From Candidatus Daviesbacteria bacterium (GTDB lineage Bacteria; Patescibacteriota; Microgenomatia; Daviesbacterales; UBA10151), in assembly GCA_016187025.1 (NCBI GenBank), contig JACPKM010000001.1, positions 448,055-512,054 of the forward strand: 64,000 nucleotides of DNA. The letters are read 5' to 3'. The notes under the pieces are model-generated. The model was given only the letters and a program-made list of their open reading frames with translations, had not been told where the DNA came from and ran no database searches. Shown one piece after another: positions 59,795 to 64,000 of this stretch. A program made the position numbers and the translations under genes. Position 1 is the first letter of the stretch. Each line of letters begins with the position of its first letter.

Positions 59795-61719
59795 TGCAAA
59801 ATCATTACTTTAGTAAATTGAGAGTAAATCTTAGTAACCTCGAATCTTTTTTTATTGGAAGAAATTCATTGCAATTATTTTTGATACTTATACCTATAGT
59901 CGCTCTAATTCAATTTTCACTGCTTAATATTATTTTAAAATATGGATTTACAGCAGATGAGTGGTTATTGCTTTTTGACTTTAATACAATTGGATCGAGC
60001 GGAGATTTTCTAGAGAGAGTTTTTGCTATTTTTCGAGCAAAAGGGATTTATACTAGTTATCAAGTTCTTTATATAGGTATACTTGCAGGTTTATTTAAAG
60101 ATAATTACCAAGCATATCAGCTAACAAATATTATTTTTAAAATCCTAGCTATTCTCTCTTTATTTCCTCTCATCGCAGTAGTTTTTAAAAGGAGATTGCT
60201 TGCTTTTTTGACTACCATATTTTATGCACTCAGTTACTCATCAACTGGTGCTTTACAGTTTGTAGTCAAAGGAAGTGATTATCTAGCAATTTTCTTTATG
60301 AATATCTATTTATTAACGCATTACTATTCCTTAAAGAAAAAGAGTAAATCTTTTTTATTCTTTACTGCGATTATGCTTTTTTTATCGTTTATGTTTTCAC
60401 CTATAAGAATATATCCACTCCTATTCTTTGTTGTAATATTTGAGGTTTTTGTATGGACAAGAGCTAAGGGATTTCTAGGTCTCTGGTCGGCATTCTTTAG
60501 ACTAGCTGTTATACTTTCACCTTTTATAATGCTAATGCTTTTATTACCTAAAGCCACAGGTAGCTACCTGGAGGGGCCTTTAGTAATTTATAAACTTTTA
60601 ACTTATGGTAATTACCAACTCTTATTGAGCCCTTTTGCAGGCTTAGGGTATACTTTTCTTACTAATGATTACTGGCCATTATTTGGCCAAATAATTCTTG
60701 ATTCTTTTAAGGAATACTTTTTCTTTTTGCTTCGCGGTCCTATAATTTTCTACTCAGCACTTACTGTTTTAATCGGTTTTTTAATCACTAAAAGGCCAAT
60801 TTTTTTTATTCTGGGGGTTATTTTGGCAAATGTAATTTTTGAAATAACCTGTTACTTTTTAATAAATAACGTAAGATTATCTAGTGGACCAAATATCAAG
60901 GGTTTTTATTTAACCACTATCTATGCAATCTTTTTTGGATTTTTCTGTTTATCCATTGGATTTGCAAGTTTGATTGTATGGTTAAAGCACAAGCAAAATA
61001 TCTTACTCCTGTCCCTTTTAGCAGGGCCATTTTTTTCTAGCATATTTCTATGGGGAACCTGGCTTATTATTGGAGATTCCCTAACCTTTAAAGAGGGAAT
61101 ACATTGGTATTTGATAATTCCACCAATAGGCAGTAGCTTATTTTTAGCAAGCCTAATGGTATTAGGATTCGATAGGATTAAGAAAGTTACTAACTCGTAC
61201 TTAAAATGGGTTTTAATAACATTTTTATTTTTAACCTTACTGCCCATGTATCAAATGGGCAGTAAAGAGATTAGTACAACATTTTCATACTTACTAAGTA
61301 TAGGTTATGGAGCTTCAGATCAGGAGCTAATGAAAGGTCAAGTGGAAGGATTTATCAAAGAACCTTTCGAGGGGAAACCAGCATTATTCTATTTAGATAC
61401 TTCTGAAAACAACTCAGTAGACCCTTTATTTTATCCGGTAACATTAATTTCCGGATTTGATAAAAAGATGCATTTTAGAAATTGGGACATAGTAAAAGGT
61501 TGCATTGGTTTAATACTCGATAAGACTATTCTTGAAAAATCAATGGTAATGGAAGAGGGTGTTAAAGGATTCAAAGTTAGGAGTTTATGTATAGAAGACA
61601 ATTTTTTTACAAGTAATGATGAAATATTTTACAAACTGGAGAATTTTTATGCCCTTAAGTTTATAGGTAAGGACGTGTCCGATAATACAAAGAGAGTGCT
61701 TGACGATCTCAAATATTAA
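59794..61719 (+). CDS. Multi-TM GT-C-like protein, tandem paralog 1
   Basis: TAATG-coupled start; GFTADEW acidic loop, about 13 TM, SPIRIYP, EGIHWYL, C-terminal soluble domain with Cys pair. Confidence 0.65.
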   Translation: MQNHYFSKLRVNLSNLESFFIGRNSLQLFLILIPIVALIQFSLLNIILKYGFTADEWLLLFDFNTIGSSGDFLERVFAIFRAKGIYTSYQVLYIGILAGLFKDNYQAYQLTNIIFKILAILSLFPLIAVVFKRRLLAFLTTIFYALSYSSTGALQFVVKGSDYLAIFFMNIYLLTHYYSLKKKSKSFLFFTAIMLFLSFMFSPIRIYPLLFFVVIFEVFVWTRAKGFLGLWSAFFRLAVILSPFIMLMLLLPKATGSYLEGPLVIYKLLTYGNYQLLLSPFAGLGYTFLTNDYWPLFGQIILDSFKEYFFFLLRGPIIFYSALTVLIGFLITKRPIFFILGVILANVIFEITCYFLINNVRLSSGPNIKGFYLTTIYAIFFGFFCLSIGFASLIVWLKHKQNILLLSLLAGPFFSSIFLWGTWLIIGDSLTFKEGIHWYLIIPPIGSSLFLASLMVLGFDRIKKVTNSYLKWVLITFLFLTLLPMYQMGSKEISTTFSYLLSIGYGASDQELMKGQVEGFIKEPFEGKPALFYLDTSENNSVDPLFYPVTLISGFDKKMHFRNWDIVKGCIGLILDKTILEKSMVMEEGVKGFKVRSLCIEDNFFTSNDEIFYKLENFYALKFIGKDVSDNTKRVLDDLKY

Positions 61720-61752
61720 TCAGATAATCTATCAATCTAAATAGGCTAAATA

Positions 61753-63663
61753 ATGCGAGCAAGTTTTACCAAGGCTAAGGATTCTCTTTTCAATAGTTCT
61801 AAGATACTATTTATTGCCACTAGTATTCTGATATGTATCTCACAGTTCTTACTTCTAAAAATAGTTCTTAACTTCGGGCTTTCGTCGGAAGACTGGCTAC
61901 TAGTATTTGATTACAAAACAATTGGAGGGGATAGAAGTTTCTTAGATAAGCTTTCTACTATTTTTATTACAGAAGGTATTTATTCGACAACCTTTATTTT
62001 TTACATAGGTATACTTGAAAGTTTCCTAAAAGATAATTTTTTGGCTTACCAATTGACAAATATAACCTTTAAGATACTGGCTACTCTTTCCTTATTCCCC
62101 CTTATTTTAATAGTCTTTAAAAGGAAGTTACTGGCTTTTTTAACAACTTTTCTTTATGGCATCAGTTATTCCTCAACTGGAGCATTGCAGTTTGTGGTTA
62201 AGGGTACAGATTATCTGGCAATTTTTTTTATGAATATTTGTTTAATAATGTATTATTTTTCCTTTAATACAAATAGGAATCTTTTTCTCTTGTTTACTTC
62301 TGTATTGCTGTTTTTAGCTTTTATCTTCTCTCCTATCAGAATATATCCGTTTTTATTATTTATTTTTCTCTTTGAAGTGATTTTTTGGTTCGAATCTAAA
62401 GGTTTTTTTGGTTTAATAAAAGTATTTTTTAGATTAGTTATCATATTCTCTCCTTTTATATTACTTTTAGTTTTACTCCCTAAATCTACAGGAAGTTATC
62501 TTAATGGACCATTAGTAGTATACAGTCTTTTATCTTATGGAAATTACCAGCTGTTGCTTACTCCATTTTCAGGCTTAGGCTATGCGATTTTGCCTAATGA
62601 CTACTGGTCAATATTCGGTAAATTAACCCTTGATAATTTTAAGGACTATATGTCCTTCTTAATTTCAGGACCAATAATTATTTATTCAGCTTTAACTATT
62701 TTACTTGGTTTTTTGATTTCTAAAGGTAAAGCAGCATATTGGTTTATTCTGGGAGTGATAGCCACTAATATAGTTTTTGAGATTATCTGTTACTTTTTAA
62801 TAACTAATGTAAGGGGAGGCGATGGACCTAATATAAAGGGATTTTATCATATCAGCACCTATGCCATATTTCTTGGCTTTTATGTAGTATCTGTTGCTAT
62901 ATCAAGTCTGATTCTATGGTTTAAAAACAAATTTAATATTTTACTCTTTGCTCTTTTTATCGGCCCCATTTTCTCCAGTATATTTTTGTGGGGTACATGG
63001 ATAATTATTGGTGACAATCTATCCTTCAAAGAAGGCATACACTGGTATTTAATAATACCACCAATTGGTACCAGTATATTTTTGGCTAGTTTAATGACAC
63101 TTGGTTTTGATAGGATCAAGAGAATCGTAAATCCAAACTTAAGAACGACTTTAATAACTGGTTTATTTTTAATAATAGTGCCTATCTATTTGATAAGTAG
63201 TAAAGAAATTAATACTACATTTACTAATTTACTAAATATAGGTTATGGGGCATCCGATATAAATGGTATGAAAAGTAAAATATTTAAGTACCTTATAAAC
63301 CCTGCTGATCAAAAAAATGCACTTTTTTATTTTGATGCCAGCGATGATTTAACCACGCCCCAACTTTTTTATCCTGTAACTGTCATGTCTGGCTTTGAGC
63401 AAAAAATGCATATTTATAATGGGAGAATTATCGATGGTTGTGTGGGTATTATAACCGAAAAAGCCATCCTTCAAAAATCAATAACTATGAAGTATGGAGT
63501 TAAAGGATTTAATTCTAACAGTCTATGTGTGGAAGATTCTTACGCTACCGGGATGCAACAGGTATTTTATTCCTCAGATGAATTTTACAGCTTTAAATTG
63601 AAGGATAAAAATGTAATAGATGTTAAGGAAAATGTACTTAAAGAATTAGGATTTGACAATTAA
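61753..63663 (+). CDS. Multi-TM GT-C-like protein, tandem paralog 2
   Basis: Colinear with previous gene (GLSSEDW, SYSSTGALQFVVKG.DYLAIFFMNI, FKEGIHWYLIIPPIG). Confidence 0.65.
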   Translation: MRASFTKAKDSLFNSSKILFIATSILICISQFLLLKIVLNFGLSSEDWLLVFDYKTIGGDRSFLDKLSTIFITEGIYSTTFIFYIGILESFLKDNFLAYQLTNITFKILATLSLFPLILIVFKRKLLAFLTTFLYGISYSSTGALQFVVKGTDYLAIFFMNICLIMYYFSFNTNRNLFLLFTSVLLFLAFIFSPIRIYPFLLFIFLFEVIFWFESKGFFGLIKVFFRLVIIFSPFILLLVLLPKSTGSYLNGPLVVYSLLSYGNYQLLLTPFSGLGYAILPNDYWSIFGKLTLDNFKDYMSFLISGPIIIYSALTILLGFLISKGKAAYWFILGVIATNIVFEIICYFLITNVRGGDGPNIKGFYHISTYAIFLGFYVVSVAISSLILWFKNKFNILLFALFIGPIFSSIFLWGTWIIIGDNLSFKEGIHWYLIIPPIGTSIFLASLMTLGFDRIKRIVNPNLRTTLITGLFLIIVPIYLISSKEINTTFTNLLNIGYGASDINGMKSKIFKYLINPADQKNALFYFDASDDLTTPQLFYPVTVMSGFEQKMHIYNGRIIDGCVGIITEKAILQKSITMKYGVKGFNSNSLCVEDSYATGMQQVFYSSDEFYSFKLKDKNVIDVKENVLKELGFDN

Positions 63664-64000
63664 TGAAAACACTATACAAAACTAATTTACAACTTTTTCT
63701 ACTTCTTATATTAATAATTGGGGTTTCCCAGTATTTATTTTTTGGATTAGTCTTAAACTATGGATTTACTCCCGATGATTGGGGATTACTTCTCTTCTAC
63801 AAAACTTTAGGAGATAATCCTTTATCTCAAATACCATATGTTTGGTCTGTAAAAGGAGCTTATACTACTGGGCCGATATATTTTATTGGCATTCTAAATG
63901 ATTTCTTTGGTTTAAATTACCAGGCCTATCAAATAACTAATATTGTTTTAAAAACCTTAGCTACTCTTTCCTTATTCCCCCTTATTTTAATAGTCTTTAA
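63663..64000 (+). CDS. Multi-TM GT-C-like protein, tandem paralog 3 (partial, not in ORF track)
   Basis: TAATG coupling; MKTLYKTNLQLFLLL...YGFTPDDW...YQAYQITNIVLKTLATLSLFPLILIVF, open to the window end. Confidence 0.8.
   Translation, partial: MKTLYKTNLQLFLLLILIIGVSQYLFFGLVLNYGFTPDDWGLLLFYKTLGDNPLSQIPYVWSVKGAYTTGPIYFIGILNDFFGLNYQAYQITNIVLKTLATLSLFPLILIVF

Noticed and set aside
951-63119. Numerous 60-125 aa ORFs antisense to or nested in the long genes
   Set aside because: Shadow frames of well-supported CDSs, with no recognisable motifs.

Overview
AT-rich, gene-dense bacterial window using the standard code (TGA terminates several genes). It is almost entirely one very large surface-glycan locus that continues past the right edge. 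The style (DUF5667-like protein, GT-C expansion, leaderless-type promoters) suggests Patescibacteria/CPR, possibly Microgenomates; this is an inference. Nucleotide-sugar enzymes: rmlABCD, a divergent gmd, a GDP-mannose 3,5-epimerase-like enzyme, a CDP-paratose/tyvelose-epimerase-like triple fusion, and sugar C- and O-methyltransferases. Transferases and transporters: about 7 polyprenyl-phosphate-sugar synthase-like GT2 domains, 5 other GT2 and 3 GT4 enzymes, 2 Wzx flippases, a GtrA domain, and about 22 multi-TM GT-C-like proteins in several paralog arrays. Best candidate for an undescribed system: a massively expanded lipid-linked-donor/GT-C extracytoplasmic glycosylation machinery. Smaller signals: an in-frame 60-nt insertion of two covarying GNA-triloop hairpin units, an HD hydrolase broken by one in-frame TGA, a VIT1/CCC1 gene relic, near-identical nucleotide patches between diverged paralogs, and about 11 sigma70-like promoters 6-8 nt before start codons. 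No rRNA, tRNA, CRISPR array or transposase was seen. All family calls come from motif recognition by eye, not database searches.
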